From IMG/VR virus record IMGVR_UViG_3300030497_000009: a stretch of DNA of 63,578 nt; one strand, given 5' to 3'. Position numbers and translations under genes: made by a program. The stretch comes from a virus. This document shows, piece by piece, positions 1 to 11,195 of the stretch; within the stretch, counting starts at the first letter, position 1; each line of letters opens with the position of its first letter. The notes under the pieces were generated by a model. It was not told the DNA's origin. It made no database searches and was given only the letters and a program-made list of their open reading frames with translations.

Positions 1-1
1 T

Positions 2-1729
2 GCTGACGAGAGCGTACCACAGAGTAAAATCAAGGGGTTGACTACCATGTCAGAATCGTTAGACTCATTAAACGACCTAGCTTTTACCAACGGTGACCGA
101 ATTAGTGTGTTAGAAAAGAACTTTATAAGTGTAATCCAAACACCTTTTAACGCTAAAGGTGACGGTCTTACAGATGACCAACAAGCACTAGTTAAAGCCG
201 TGGACTACGCATATTTAAACAACAAGACTCTCTACTTCCCAGAGGGCGTTTATGTTTCATCAGCGAGCATACCGAACTTTCACAAAGTGCGTAAGGTTGG
301 AACAGGTAAGATTCAGCGTGGGGCAGACCTATTTTATATTACACCAACTGCATTCCAAACCAATCGCATCTACCTTAAAGCTACAGGTGGTTCAAACTTA
401 AACGATGGGTTGTCTAGTTCACAACCTATTGCACAGTTACAAACTGCAGTCGACATCCTACCTTACTACGCCAACCCAACTCTCGGAGGGGTTTGGGAGT
501 TCTCTTTATCTGCTGGAACATTCGCAAAACGCGTTGAGGTAGCTGAAGGGCTAAAGTCCATGAACCCTATTCGCTTTGTAGGCGCAAGCGTGGGAGGTCA
601 TCCTAATGTGCCTACAACTATTATTAGTGAGGGCGCAGGTAAATCTGCTGTAGGATTACTAGCTACGATGGGAACAAACGTATACGTTCAAGACATACTG
701 TTCTCAGGTTTTAACGGGAGTTCGTCTAGCTGTGGTGTGTCTGTAGCCTACTTCTCTAGAGTGTTCACAGTAAACTGTCATTTCACAGACTGCTACTATG
801 GGGTTTCTGGTGTCCACCATACTCACACCGACGTAAAGGGTGGCATCTTTACGAACTGTGGTTCTTTATCAACAGGTGGAGGTACTGGAGCCGGTGTTCG
901 TTCCTTACAAATAAATAACCATGAGATTGGAACACAGAACGCTGGAGACAACACGAAAGGTCCTTTCTTCCGTAACTGTGTGTACGGTGTTTACGCTCAA
1001 GAATTAAGCACTGGGCACGCAGATTGGTGTACTTTTGAAGACTGTCAGGATGCTGTTATCATTCGTGTGATGTCACGTTGTAACATGGATGGTAGCTTGT
1101 TCAAACGAAACCAGCGAGCACTACGAGGAGATGGAAATTCACACTTCTTTATTAGTAGCAATGTACAGTTTGCCACTGGAGTAGATAAGAATATTGTAAC
1201 GCACACTATGAATACTGGAGCACAGATGACGTCTTCAAGAATCTTTGGGACACAGGATATATCTTATGGTTCAGTTGAGACATCGTTTGATACGGTTTAT
1301 GTAAACCAAACCTTTAATGCAGCTGCAAACACCGCGTTCTATACAGAGACACTGAATGCACCTTTCTTTGATTATACACCTAGTTCTGTAGCCCCTATTA
1401 AAAAGTTGCGATTCAAAATATTTGGAACGGTTACGGGAACAACGGATCAAAAGAAAATTACAGCTCGATTAGGCAACAACTACGCAAATGCACAGTTTAC
1501 TGCGAGCGAACAAGGTGCATTCGTAGCTGAAGGGTACATCTATTTTGTATCTAACACAGAGCAGTTTATAAACATGACAGCTAACACGCATATTGGTTCT
1601 AACCGTTCTACAAACGCAAAGGCGACGAACAATATGGCAAACAACGTCACGTTAACTCTTGAAGCTTATGTGTTTAATTCGGCAGACTCTATAAAGGTAG
1701 AGGTAGTTGAACTTCACTGGGCTGGGTAA
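2..1729 (+). CDS. Tailspike/tail fiber with pectate-lyase-like beta-helix (5'-truncated by the window edge)
   Basis: Frame is open from base 2. Contains FNAKGDGLTDDQQALVKAVD..LYFPEGVY (Pectate_lyase_3-type start) followed by beta-helix-like repeats. Confidence 0.75.
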   Translation, partial: ADESVPQSKIKGLTTMSESLDSLNDLAFTNGDRISVLEKNFISVIQTPFNAKGDGLTDDQQALVKAVDYAYLNNKTLYFPEGVYVSSASIPNFHKVRKVGTGKIQRGADLFYITPTAFQTNRIYLKATGGSNLNDGLSSSQPIAQLQTAVDILPYYANPTLGGVWEFSLSAGTFAKRVEVAEGLKSMNPIRFVGASVGGHPNVPTTIISEGAGKSAVGLLATMGTNVYVQDILFSGFNGSSSSCGVSVAYFSRVFTVNCHFTDCYYGVSGVHHTHTDVKGGIFTNCGSLSTGGGTGAGVRSLQINNHEIGTQNAGDNTKGPFFRNCVYGVYAQELSTGHADWCTFEDCQDAVIIRVMSRCNMDGSLFKRNQRALRGDGNSHFFISSNVQFATGVDKNIVTHTMNTGAQMTSSRIFGTQDISYGSVETSFDTVYVNQTFNAAANTAFYTETLNAPFFDYTPSSVAPIKKLRFKIFGTVTGTTDQKKITARLGNNYANAQFTASEQGAFVAEGYIYFVSNTEQFINMTANTHIGSNRSTNAKATNNMANNVTLTLEAYVFNSADSIKVEVVELHWAG

Positions 1730-1732
1730 AGT

Positions 1733-1761
1733 GGAAGCACCCCTTGTGGGTGCTTCATTTT
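1733..1761 (+). terminator. Rho-independent terminator
   Basis: GAAGCACC/GGTGCTTC stem followed by a T-run just after the stop codon. Confidence 0.7.
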
Positions 1762-1821
1762 CATATTAGTCCACAGCACAGTATCAGATATTCTTACTGA
1801 ATAAGCAAAGGAGGTATCAGC

Positions 1822-3660
1822 ATGAGTGATAAATTTATTATTAGTAGTGAAGTAAGCGCTGAAAACCTTGGTGAACTCTCAGAGCTAAGAACGACAGAAA
1901 AAGGAACCGTTGTTCGTGCGCTAAACGAAGTAAACCAAAAGACACTTGACGTCATCAAGAAGGTTAATAACCTTAACTTCATAAACATTAAAGATTACGG
2001 AGCGAAGGGCGATGGAGTCACAGACGACACCGCCATTATCCAAGGGGCTGTTAATGCCATCATGCTAGCCGGTGGTGGAACGATTTACTTCCCTGCTGGT
2101 GAGTATCTGATTAGTGGTACAATCTACACGCACACTGATTCTATTACAGACACATACGCATCAAGCCCTCTTGAATTCCTAGGTGAAACACCCATTAACT
2201 TTGACCTTTACTCAGCTAGCACGAAGAAAGTAACCAAGTTCACTAAGAAGACAGATGGAGCTATCATCGCGGCAAACTATACGGTAGCTAAAGAGGTTGT
2301 TACGACTAGTCAATGGCGAAACTTTACAGTGCGAAACATCGGTTTCTTTGGTTCTGGAACATACGATGCTAAGTACCAAACAATCATGGCTTCTGTGAGA
2401 GCCACGGATGCTATCGAATTACGAAACACGTCAATTACTCTTGTTGACAGTTTCTTCTGGGCATTACGTCGTGGAGTCAACCAACCAGACTACGTTAAAG
2501 GCTTAGACAACCTTAGTGACCAAAGTGTGTATCGTAACCTTGGGTTCAGAGCTATCGGTGACTGTGCATTAAGACTCGTAAAGAGTGACGCAACCTTAGT
2601 TGAATCGATTAACTTCAAAGATATGGCGAAGACTTGCAGACAGGGCGTTTACGTTCGAAAAGGTGAAGCTGTTTCTATTAAAAACCTTCATGTGTCTGGC
2701 AAGGGTATGCACTTGTGTCAAGATTTCAGCTTGGTAGAAATGGATCAAGCGAAGAGTGTGCGAGTAACAGACGTGTACGCTGAACGTGTAGAAGGGTTAC
2801 TTGTTAACCTCGTTAGCGCGTGTTTAAACATTGATATTAGCTCGTTTAGTATTAACCACTATTCGAAAACGTTAATTAAGGCGCGTAGCTCTCGAAACAT
2901 TGATATTGACCATATTAACTCGTTTATCGAGGAACGCAAAGTGTTATCTTCAAGCGATCCCGGAAACTTCACTGTGTTCACAACGCTAGCTTCGAAGCCG
3001 GTTGAGATTGACACGGACTCTTCTTGTAAGAATGTGAGCATTGGAGATAACTTCCAGTTCCGTGCTGGTGTACATGATGCGAGTGGTGCTTTACCACCTA
3101 GTAATAATGACACGTACCGATTCACCCCTGACTTTAGTTCTGGTGTTATCGTTACGAGCGATACTGGAACTCCATCCACAGGAACTTGGGGTAAGGGTAG
3201 CTTGATTTACAATACCGATCCTGGGGTTGGAAAGCCTATTGGTTGGGTTTGCGTTAACGCTGGAAATCCCGGAACTTGGTTGCCGTTCGGCTACGCGTAT
3301 AATAGCACGGATCCAGTTAAAATAGCGCGTTTCAGAATAAACGTGAGTGGCACGAATAACTGGAGCATCGACTGGTATACAGGACAAGAGTTTATTCAAA
3401 GCGTAACTTCTTCTGCTAATGGGCTCACGATAAACTATAACACGTCTTATCTAAGACAACGTCCTGAAGTTTCTTGGGTGTTTGGAGCTTCTGAGGGGTT
3501 AGGTACTGGTACAAACGCGTCGACTCGTATGACGTTTATTTATCTTCGTGCTAACTCAACGACTGTGACAGACATTGGTTTGAAAGAGACAGCGTTCACA
3601 GCGCACACTCCATTAGCTTCTATGACATCTGGAGCTATCGAGTTTACTATCCTATTATAA
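1822..3660 (+). CDS. Tailspike/depolymerase-like beta-helix protein
   Basis: GGAGG RBS. N-terminal LGELSELRTTEKGTVVRALNEV fiber-neck motif, IKDYGAKGDGVTDDTAIIQ..GGGTIYFPAGEY, and C-terminal GTWGKG..GWVCVNAGNPGTW motif. Confidence 0.8.
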   Translation: MSDKFIISSEVSAENLGELSELRTTEKGTVVRALNEVNQKTLDVIKKVNNLNFINIKDYGAKGDGVTDDTAIIQGAVNAIMLAGGGTIYFPAGEYLISGTIYTHTDSITDTYASSPLEFLGETPINFDLYSASTKKVTKFTKKTDGAIIAANYTVAKEVVTTSQWRNFTVRNIGFFGSGTYDAKYQTIMASVRATDAIELRNTSITLVDSFFWALRRGVNQPDYVKGLDNLSDQSVYRNLGFRAIGDCALRLVKSDATLVESINFKDMAKTCRQGVYVRKGEAVSIKNLHVSGKGMHLCQDFSLVEMDQAKSVRVTDVYAERVEGLLVNLVSACLNIDISSFSINHYSKTLIKARSSRNIDIDHINSFIEERKVLSSSDPGNFTVFTTLASKPVEIDTDSSCKNVSIGDNFQFRAGVHDASGALPPSNNDTYRFTPDFSSGVIVTSDTGTPSTGTWGKGSLIYNTDPGVGKPIGWVCVNAGNPGTWLPFGYAYNSTDPVKIARFRINVSGTNNWSIDWYTGQEFIQSVTSSANGLTINYNTSYLRQRPEVSWVFGASEGLGTGTNASTRMTFIYLRANSTTVTDIGLKETAFTAHTPLASMTSGAIEFTILL

Positions 3661-3666
3661 GGGGGA

Positions 3667-3957
3667 ATGACGATGGGACTACAACTTACAAAGACAACTT
3701 CAGCTGGGTTCACCGTTGAAAATGCATACGCTAGAATAGACACTATAAGTGGTAATAAAAACTATCTCTATTTTTCACTTAACACCTACGTTTCGAGAGA
3801 AGCGTTCCTGTCTGGTAAAAGCTTTGTAGCACAAGAGTACTATTCCTTCCAACCTTCTGTGAGTGCGTGGTCTGAGAATTTCATCAGACAAGCGTATTTC
3901 TACCTAAAGGCAACTCCTGCGTACAAAGACGCTATCGACGTTATTGAAATCCCTTAA
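3667..3957 (+). CDS. Small tail-fiber-associated protein (possible assembly chaperone)
   Basis: 96 aa directly after a fiber gene. Composition (YARID..QAYFYLKATPAY..A.DV) resembles phage fiber accessory proteins. Confidence 0.5.
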   Translation: MTMGLQLTKTTSAGFTVENAYARIDTISGNKNYLYFSLNTYVSREAFLSGKSFVAQEYYSFQPSVSAWSENFIRQAYFYLKATPAYKDAIDVIEIP

Positions 3958-3981
3958 CACCCTTTCGAGGGTGTTTTGTTT
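3955..3981 (+). terminator. Rho-independent terminator
   Basis: AACACCCT TTCG AGGGTGTT followed by T-rich tail. Confidence 0.75.
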
Positions 3982-4043
3982 CACATAATTGTGCGACAAC
4001 AGGATAGATATTTTGTTTGACTACAAGAATGGAGGTGTTACCT

Positions 4044-7000
4044 ATGACGTTTAAAGCGAGAAACGGCATAGACGTTAACGCTGGGAAGTTCCACGTAAAT
4101 AAGGACGGGGACGTTGACGCAAGACAAGTCAACCAGATAGTAAATGTTAAAGCGTTCGGGGCTGTTGGTGACAGCGTTACGAATGACTCAGATGCAATAG
4201 CACGTGCTGCTGAGTTCTGTATGACGAACGGTGGTCTTTTATACTTTCCAAGAGGAGATTACTATTTTCCAGATTATTCGATTCCTGAGCCAATTGGCCA
4301 GCTATACGAGACTGGTGGTTTAATCCAGTCAAACCGCGCGTACCTTCAGTTTGGTAATAAAAAGCCGAATAATCCAAAAGAGGGCACAGCATACTGGGAT
4401 AAAGCCAACGATGAGTTAATGGTGTTTGATGGTACTCAGTGGGTAAGCTTTATCACTTCTTCAGGATCAAATGTCGTTGACGGTGACTTAACTATTGAGG
4501 GTGACTTAATCGTTAAAGGTTCAACAACTGTTGTTACTACAGACGACTTACACGTTGCTGACTCTTTCATTAAGGTTAACTCAAACGTAACAGGGTTGCC
4601 AACCGTGAACGGTGGTATCGAAGTAGAGCGTGGTGACTTAAACAACGCGAAGCTCTATTTTGATGAATCTGAAGACTTATGGAAGATGGATAACGGTACA
4701 GGCACGCCAGCAAGTATCATGAGTGGTAACAGCACAGATTTCACATCACTCATGGCTACAAAGAAAGAGGTAGACGATGCGAAGGGTGCTAGCACGCTGA
4801 AAGCTCGCTTCGATAACTTAGAAAAAGCACAAAACGAACAGAAATGGGTGAGCACTGAAGGGCAGGATACTTTCACACTCTCAAACGGTTCGTATACGAT
4901 GGGAACGAAGAGTTTAAAGGTATTTGTACAGGGTGCGATTCAAGTTCCTGTAGATGGATTTACAGAAGTCTCAACGACCTCTTTTAAGTTAACCGAGCAA
5001 CTACCAGCTGGAATCGACGTGTACGCTACTTGGTTAGAAGGTAAACTGCCTGTTGCTTTTGGACATAAGTCTTCTCACGAAGCAGGTGGACAAGATGAAT
5101 TAGACCTGACAAAACTTAAAAACTATGACTCTCTAATTGGTAATAAGTTTAAGTCTGTTGAAAACCGTCTTGGTTGGGTAAGCGTTAAAGACTACGGAGC
5201 GAAAGGTGATAACGCCACAGATGACACAGCTGCAATTCAAGCTGCTGTAGACGCAGTAATGAAAAGTGGTGGTGGTACGGTTTACTTCCCTCCTGGCAAC
5301 TACATTATCGGAGGAACTATCTTTACACAACGTGACTCGTACTCAGCTAATGACGTATTAAGCCCTTTAGAGCTTCGCGGTGTAACTCCAGTTTTTGCTG
5401 ACTTGTTTAATACGACACGTAACGTTTCAAGATTGATTAAAAAGAACACTGGTTCAATGATCACGACTAACTACACTGAGTCAGGTGCTACACCTGTGGG
5501 TGGTGTATGGAGAAACTTTACAGTCCGTAACTTCGCGTTTGCTGGGCTAGGTACGTATGACACTAAGTATACAGGTATCTTTGCTTCAGTCTACGACACA
5601 GATGCTATCGTGATGCGTAATACGAGTATTAACCTAGAAGATTGCTACTTCAGTACACTAAAACGCGCGGTGTATCAACCAGACTTCGTAAACGGGAGCG
5701 ATAACTACTGCGACCAAAGTATGTATAAACGCCTTTCATTCCGAAACATGGGTGACGGTTGGTTATACTTAATGCGACCTGACGCAACGACGTTTCTAAA
5801 CTTAAACGGCTATGACATGGCTAAAACAGCTACTTATGGTGTTTACGTTAAGAAAGGTGAGTCTTTTGCTATACGTGACATCCTATGCGCTGGTAAAGGC
5901 ATGCACTTGTGTACAGGGTTTAAGATGGTTGACCTTTACGGAGTTAAAGGAGTAACTGTTGATAAGCTTTATGCTGAGCGTGTAGAGGGGTTACTTGTAA
6001 ACGTCGATGGTGAGGCAAAGAATATCACTGTGGACGGAATTGATGTACGTCAGTATGGTAAAACGATGATTAAAGCTCGTAACACTTCAGGCTTGAAGAT
6101 AGACAACCTTTACCAACATATCGAGGAAAAGAAAGTTCTATCAGCGAGTGATACTGGTGATTTCTCAGTTTACTCAACTCTTGGTTCATTGCCACTAGAC
6201 ATCGATGTTGACTCTAGTTGTTCTAACATCGAAATTGGAGAGAACACGACATTCCGTGGTGGTATCCACGTGGGTGGTAGTGGAAACCTTCCTGAGTCTG
6301 GTTCTGACACGTTCCGTTATATTCCTAACATGAATCCTGGGTTTATTTATAAACTTAACGTCAGACGATTCGGTGCAAGAGGTAACGGTATTACAGATGA
6401 CACAGCAGCAATCCAGAAAGCTATCGATACAGCTAAACTACACGGAGCAGAGGTATACTTCCCAAGAGGAACTTACATCGTTACTTCGTTGGCAATCGAT
6501 TATTCGACTGACACTGTCGACACAACGACATATGGATTCCGAGCGTTCAAGTTACGTGGGGATTCAAAACGTCAAACGATTATTAGACAGACAGCCACAA
6601 CTGGTAACTCTATTATTAAAGTTATTGGACAGGCATATAACCGTTCACACAGCGGTAAAGTTACTGGTTTGATAATCGAGGGACTAGAAATTGTCGGAAA
6701 CGACAACGGTGGCTCAGGTATATATCTGCGCTCATTTAATGATTTAACACTACGTGACCTTCACATCCGTGCTTGTGGTGGTGATGGTATTAAACTAGAC
6801 AGACAAACGTTCATTAACCAACCAGACGCAAGCGGTGGTAAAGATGAATATGCGTACGGCTTAAAAATTGAAAACTCTAAGATTTTCCTTAATAAAGGCT
6901 GGGGAATCAACTCTGTGGCTCTTTACGCGATTGGTTCAGCTATCTTTGACAACCTTGATATCCACGGGAACACACTTGGAGGGGTTAATATCAACCCAAC

Positions 7001-7835
7001 AAACGTAACGTTCATCGGTGGTAATATTATTGGTAACGGTGGTAACGGACTAAAAGTAATTCAAAATCCGGGATACCCAGCTTCTGTAACGTTCAGTTTA
7101 AACATGTACGGAACGCGCTTCGAAGGTAACTCAGGTTATGAAATCAAGCTAGATGGTTCTATGGCTCCATTATTAAGCGGTGTGACGATTCTAGCAACTG
7201 CTGGTGCTCACTGTATCGGTGTTGGGCTAGCTACTGGAACTGGTAACGAAGTACGTCAACCAAATATCATCGGTGGTTACTACGCTGGAGATAAGGTGAC
7301 TGCTGGTCAGAAGTTCTTAGACATCGGTGCTAACTCATTTGCCTTAGTTGTAAACAACCCAAGGGTTGACATCGTTGAGTTCTTAGATGGGTCTACTGGT
7401 AACGTACTAAACCTAATAAATGACTTAGGTAACGACACAAGCATTATCACTTACGGTAGAACAGAGCGCACAGAGAAAATTTATCTTCGTGGGTTATACA
7501 CTGATAGAGCGTTACAAACAAAAGTTTACGGTGATGTAAATAGTCGCCTAATCGTGCGTGCAGATGGCTACTTATCTTGGGGAGACGGCACAAGCGCTCC
7601 AGACACAAAACTTTATCGTTACCAAGCTGGTAAGCTTAAGACGGACGGTGAGTTCCACGCGAACGTTATTTCACCACAGGGAACTGATGCTAAAATATAC
7701 TCTGGAACAGGTGATCCTAACGGTGTAATCACAGCAGCAAGCGGTTCTCTCTTCCTGCGTACAGACGGTGGAGCAGGTACGTCGTTTTATATAAAAGAGA
7801 GTGACACAGGGTCAAGTAACTGGGTTGCTAAATAA
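4044..7835 (+). CDS. Large multidomain tailspike (two full beta-helix domains plus shared module); probable hub
   Basis: GGAGG RBS before ATG 4044. Three GAxG(D/N)xxT(D/N)D motifs, a GDLTIEGDLIVKG..GGIEVERG fiber motif, the shared WLEGKLPVAFGHKSSHE module, and C-terminal GTGDPNGVITAASGSLFLRTDGGAG motif. Confidence 0.8.
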   Translation: MTFKARNGIDVNAGKFHVNKDGDVDARQVNQIVNVKAFGAVGDSVTNDSDAIARAAEFCMTNGGLLYFPRGDYYFPDYSIPEPIGQLYETGGLIQSNRAYLQFGNKKPNNPKEGTAYWDKANDELMVFDGTQWVSFITSSGSNVVDGDLTIEGDLIVKGSTTVVTTDDLHVADSFIKVNSNVTGLPTVNGGIEVERGDLNNAKLYFDESEDLWKMDNGTGTPASIMSGNSTDFTSLMATKKEVDDAKGASTLKARFDNLEKAQNEQKWVSTEGQDTFTLSNGSYTMGTKSLKVFVQGAIQVPVDGFTEVSTTSFKLTEQLPAGIDVYATWLEGKLPVAFGHKSSHEAGGQDELDLTKLKNYDSLIGNKFKSVENRLGWVSVKDYGAKGDNATDDTAAIQAAVDAVMKSGGGTVYFPPGNYIIGGTIFTQRDSYSANDVLSPLELRGVTPVFADLFNTTRNVSRLIKKNTGSMITTNYTESGATPVGGVWRNFTVRNFAFAGLGTYDTKYTGIFASVYDTDAIVMRNTSINLEDCYFSTLKRAVYQPDFVNGSDNYCDQSMYKRLSFRNMGDGWLYLMRPDATTFLNLNGYDMAKTATYGVYVKKGESFAIRDILCAGKGMHLCTGFKMVDLYGVKGVTVDKLYAERVEGLLVNVDGEAKNITVDGIDVRQYGKTMIKARNTSGLKIDNLYQHIEEKKVLSASDTGDFSVYSTLGSLPLDIDVDSSCSNIEIGENTTFRGGIHVGGSGNLPESGSDTFRYIPNMNPGFIYKLNVRRFGARGNGITDDTAAIQKAIDTAKLHGAEVYFPRGTYIVTSLAIDYSTDTVDTTTYGFRAFKLRGDSKRQTIIRQTATTGNSIIKVIGQAYNRSHSGKVTGLIIEGLEIVGNDNGGSGIYLRSFNDLTLRDLHIRACGGDGIKLDRQTFINQPDASGGKDEYAYGLKIENSKIFLNKGWGINSVALYAIGSAIFDNLDIHGNTLGGVNINPTNVTFIGGNIIGNGGNGLKVIQNPGYPASVTFSLNMYGTRFEGNSGYEIKLDGSMAPLLSGVTILATAGAHCIGVGLATGTGNEVRQPNIIGGYYAGDKVTAGQKFLDIGANSFALVVNNPRVDIVEFLDGSTGNVLNLINDLGNDTSIITYGRTERTEKIYLRGLYTDRALQTKVYGDVNSRLIVRADGYLSWGDGTSAPDTKLYRYQAGKLKTDGEFHANVISPQGTDAKIYSGTGDPNGVITAASGSLFLRTDGGAGTSFYIKESDTGSSNWVAK

Positions 7836-7848
7836 GGAGGAATGAACT

Positions 7849-10800
7849 ATGTTAACAGATTTGAGTAAATATCCTTCTCTCGTTAAAGCGTTCCAAGACT
7901 TAACGAAAGCTCAAAACCGTGAAGACTTTTTGACTACTACTTCTCAGTCGTTATTCACACTTACAAACGGCTCTTATGCCGTCGGTACTAAAACGTTAAG
8001 CGTATACATTGAGGGCGTTCTACAGCCCTCTGATACGTATACAGAGACTAGTGGTACAACGTTTACTCTAAACGATCCTGTGCCGGCTGGTACACTCGTT
8101 TCAGCTAGTTGGTTAGAAGGCAAAGTGCCTGTCGTATTTGGACATAAGTCCACGCACGAAAAGGGTGGGCAGGATGAAATAGATATTACAAAGTTGAAGG
8201 GCTATGACGAACAAGTTTCCGAAAAAATTAGCCAAGTCTTCAGTAAAGTGTACGGTTTTGTTAATATACACGAATTTGAGGACTCTATCCCAAATAAGGA
8301 ATTGATACCTGATCCGTTAAACTGGGACTGGACACAAGCTTTTATTGACGCAATTGCTTCTATCTCAAAAGGGGCTATCGAGTTAGGAAATACAACTTAC
8401 AAACTAAATGGAGAAATTAACACGCAGGGTAAACCAATACGGTTTGTTGGAAAGGGTTCTTCCAATACAATTATAAAACCACAGTTCTCTGGAACACTGT
8501 TTAATTGGTCAGGAACAAAAGACGCGTTTATTTCTTTATCAGGACTAGGTTTACAGGGCGTGACAATTGAGGGTGGCGATTATGACGTAAACGCGATTAA
8601 ACTAGTTTATACAGCAAGAGGTAACTTTTCTGACATAGTAGTTAATCGTGTGGCTGGTCATGGCATTTACCTACGTTCGATGCAAGACAGCACGTTTGAG
8701 AACATTTACCTGCGATACTGTGGGCTGAGAGCAAAAAACACATACGCTCTCTACTTAGACAAACGTGATTCTTTAAATGACACAAACACCGTTAACAACG
8801 TAAACGACAACAAATTCTTGAATGTCACGTTTGAACACGACAACGGGCGATTACTTTATTCAGAAGGTGACTCGAATAACTGTAACATTTGGATGGGATG
8901 TAAATTTGAATATAACAACACAAGCAATACAACGTATGATGAACCTGTCTATTTAGATGGTGTTGATCGTTACCAGTTTATCGCTTGTCGGTACACGCAC
9001 TATAAAAAGAAAATGTTTAAAATTTTGAGCTCACAGAACATAAGAATTGAAGGTAACGCGTATAACAGCACAGATCCTGAAGGCTTCGCAGATGTTTCTG
9101 ATTCTTATAACATCGATTTTAATGTGACAGGGCGTAAGGTGGGTAAAGTTCTAAAAAGTGGTAACTCCTACGGTATCTATGAAAGTAAGATTCATGATAC
9201 TGAACGTGTTTACGATTCAGTATACTTGATGGATGATTTTAACCCGTTACAAGCGGTAAACCTTCGAAATGTACACTATAAGTTAGAAGGTGCAGTAATC
9301 ACAGACGATGTTGCAGCAAAAGACGGATACGCTATCAAAGGAAGTTCGACAGATTATCAAAAAGTTATTCGTGTGGGACTAACACGAAGCGACCTCTCAT
9401 CTTCCGACAAAACTGTGTCCTTGCTTATTAATTCAAGGTCAACTACTCAAAGAGCTTACGAGGTTCGTGTCAGAAGCTCTTCAAATGTTGATACCATCGT
9501 AGCAACAATAACTGTGGGGACTTCATATAGTTTAAACAGAATAAGCATACCAACTTCGGTGTTAACAAAAGACTGTTCGTTAGTTATAAACAACATGGCA
9601 GGTCAAAGTGGAAGTAACTTGTTTGTTGATTACATCTCCTACAGTTTGAGAGACACAGAAGGTGAAGTCTGGGTAACAGATTATAGCCACCTAATACCAA
9701 ACAAAGCGTTACTGTCGGACTCCAACTCTTGGGACTGGACAGCAGCAATTGCTGAAGCGATACGGGTAGCTAAAACCACGAATCGCAAAAAAGTTGTGCT
9801 ACCGAGTGGTATAGTTAAGTTTTCACAGATTAACTTAACACGTGTTTCTGGTGATACAACAAGATTTCAGATTACTATAGAGGGGAGTCTAAACACAATA
9901 CTTGTGCCTGACAAGACGCAAACAAAAGTTTTTAATGTTGGGGGGTACGATGACGGATCAACTGCTCAGTTTCTAAAAAATGTAACACTACGAAACTTTC
10001 AGCTATTAGCAAATGGTATCGATGGTAACTCGTATGCAGGTACAGGATTTGAGGTATCAATTATTCAGAATTTTAATATGGAGAACATCGTAATTGACGG
10101 ATTTTTAAATGGTGGTCTTATTTTGAAAGAGGTTTGGGATTCAAACTTTAACAACGTTAGAATGCTTCACTGCGGAAAAGCAAATAGTGACGCTGACTAC
10201 GCTTACGCCTTACGTATAACGAAGTATAACAACTATGACAACTCAAACGCGATACGTTTTAACCAACTTCATATTGAGCAGTGTCCTTTAATGCTGTTGG
10301 CAGACTCTGATGCTAGACACATTTATTTTTACGGCTCTAAACTGGAACACGGAAGTGAAGTCATAAATAGTAGCACTCAGTCCCCGATAGCTATTGGTGA
10401 CGCGCTGGAGATTGGATTTGACACCTGCCAGTTTGTTAAAAATTCTAATTCAGATGAACCGTTTATTACAGTTAGCGCTTCCCAGTCGACGTACCAAACA
10501 ACGAATAAACTTGAAAAAACAATAAAAATATCTGAGTCTCACTTTGTTGCTCCAGGAAACGTTTTTGTGAACTGGTTTAACTTAAACTACACAGAGCTGA
10601 ACAACGTAACGTTTAACAGTACAAATGGTAGCGGTTTGAGTTACCCGTTTAGACTAGGGAAAAGAAACAAAATAAATAACGCTACTTTTATCGTTGTGAC
10701 AGACGGGACAAAAACTTTTGAAATTACAGGTGACAACAACATTGTAGATACTTTCAGTGTGGAGTACAAAACAACAGTTCCAACAAGTGGGGCGTTTTTA

Positions 10801-11181
10801 AAGATGTCAAGTGGTGTTAAAAGTAACAGGTTAACTAACTATGAAATGCTTGGAAGCCCAGCTTCCCTCTATGATATACCTTTCACCTACCTCGACTCAA
10901 ACATTGTGAAGAGACGAAATGGGTATGTTCAAGAAGGGATTACTAACTCGTTAGTTCACGGTGCTGACGTGTTAGTATTCGCACACACATCAAATTCATC
11001 GATTTCAACCATTAACTATCTGTCTAACGGCCAGTCTCTTGTTGTTCAGGCAAAGACCGTTACGATAACGTTGACGTATGACCCATCGAAACTCGTTACA
11101 AAAAGCGGTTCAGATTTTTCGCTGACTCCAGGAAAAATATTGAGACTTATAAATATTAATGGGATACTATACGAGAACTAA
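7849..11181 (+). CDS. Tailspike with shared N-terminal module and two tandem beta-helix domains
   Basis: Shared N-terminal module. Internal repeat IPNK.L..D...WDWT.A...AI occurs twice, each followed by Asn-rich beta-helix-like sequence. Confidence 0.78.
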   Translation: MLTDLSKYPSLVKAFQDLTKAQNREDFLTTTSQSLFTLTNGSYAVGTKTLSVYIEGVLQPSDTYTETSGTTFTLNDPVPAGTLVSASWLEGKVPVVFGHKSTHEKGGQDEIDITKLKGYDEQVSEKISQVFSKVYGFVNIHEFEDSIPNKELIPDPLNWDWTQAFIDAIASISKGAIELGNTTYKLNGEINTQGKPIRFVGKGSSNTIIKPQFSGTLFNWSGTKDAFISLSGLGLQGVTIEGGDYDVNAIKLVYTARGNFSDIVVNRVAGHGIYLRSMQDSTFENIYLRYCGLRAKNTYALYLDKRDSLNDTNTVNNVNDNKFLNVTFEHDNGRLLYSEGDSNNCNIWMGCKFEYNNTSNTTYDEPVYLDGVDRYQFIACRYTHYKKKMFKILSSQNIRIEGNAYNSTDPEGFADVSDSYNIDFNVTGRKVGKVLKSGNSYGIYESKIHDTERVYDSVYLMDDFNPLQAVNLRNVHYKLEGAVITDDVAAKDGYAIKGSSTDYQKVIRVGLTRSDLSSSDKTVSLLINSRSTTQRAYEVRVRSSSNVDTIVATITVGTSYSLNRISIPTSVLTKDCSLVINNMAGQSGSNLFVDYISYSLRDTEGEVWVTDYSHLIPNKALLSDSNSWDWTAAIAEAIRVAKTTNRKKVVLPSGIVKFSQINLTRVSGDTTRFQITIEGSLNTILVPDKTQTKVFNVGGYDDGSTAQFLKNVTLRNFQLLANGIDGNSYAGTGFEVSIIQNFNMENIVIDGFLNGGLILKEVWDSNFNNVRMLHCGKANSDADYAYALRITKYNNYDNSNAIRFNQLHIEQCPLMLLADSDARHIYFYGSKLEHGSEVINSSTQSPIAIGDALEIGFDTCQFVKNSNSDEPFITVSASQSTYQTTNKLEKTIKISESHFVAPGNVFVNWFNLNYTELNNVTFNSTNGSGLSYPFRLGKRNKINNATFIVVTDGTKTFEITGDNNIVDTFSVEYKTTVPTSGAFLKMSSGVKSNRLTNYEMLGSPASLYDIPFTYLDSNIVKRRNGYVQEGITNSLVHGADVLVFAHTSNSSISTINYLSNGQSLVVQAKTVTITLTYDPSKLVTKSGSDFSLTPGKILRLININGILYEN
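8155..8195 (+). repeat. Dispersed DNA repeat at the end of the shared tailspike module (other copies near 11487, 13555, 15396; diverged copy near 5076)
   Basis: CACGAAAAGGGTGGGCAGGATGA(AA/GC)TAGATATTACAAAGTT is near-identical in four genes. Confidence 0.85.
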
Positions 11182-11195
11182 AAGGAGGAGATTAA

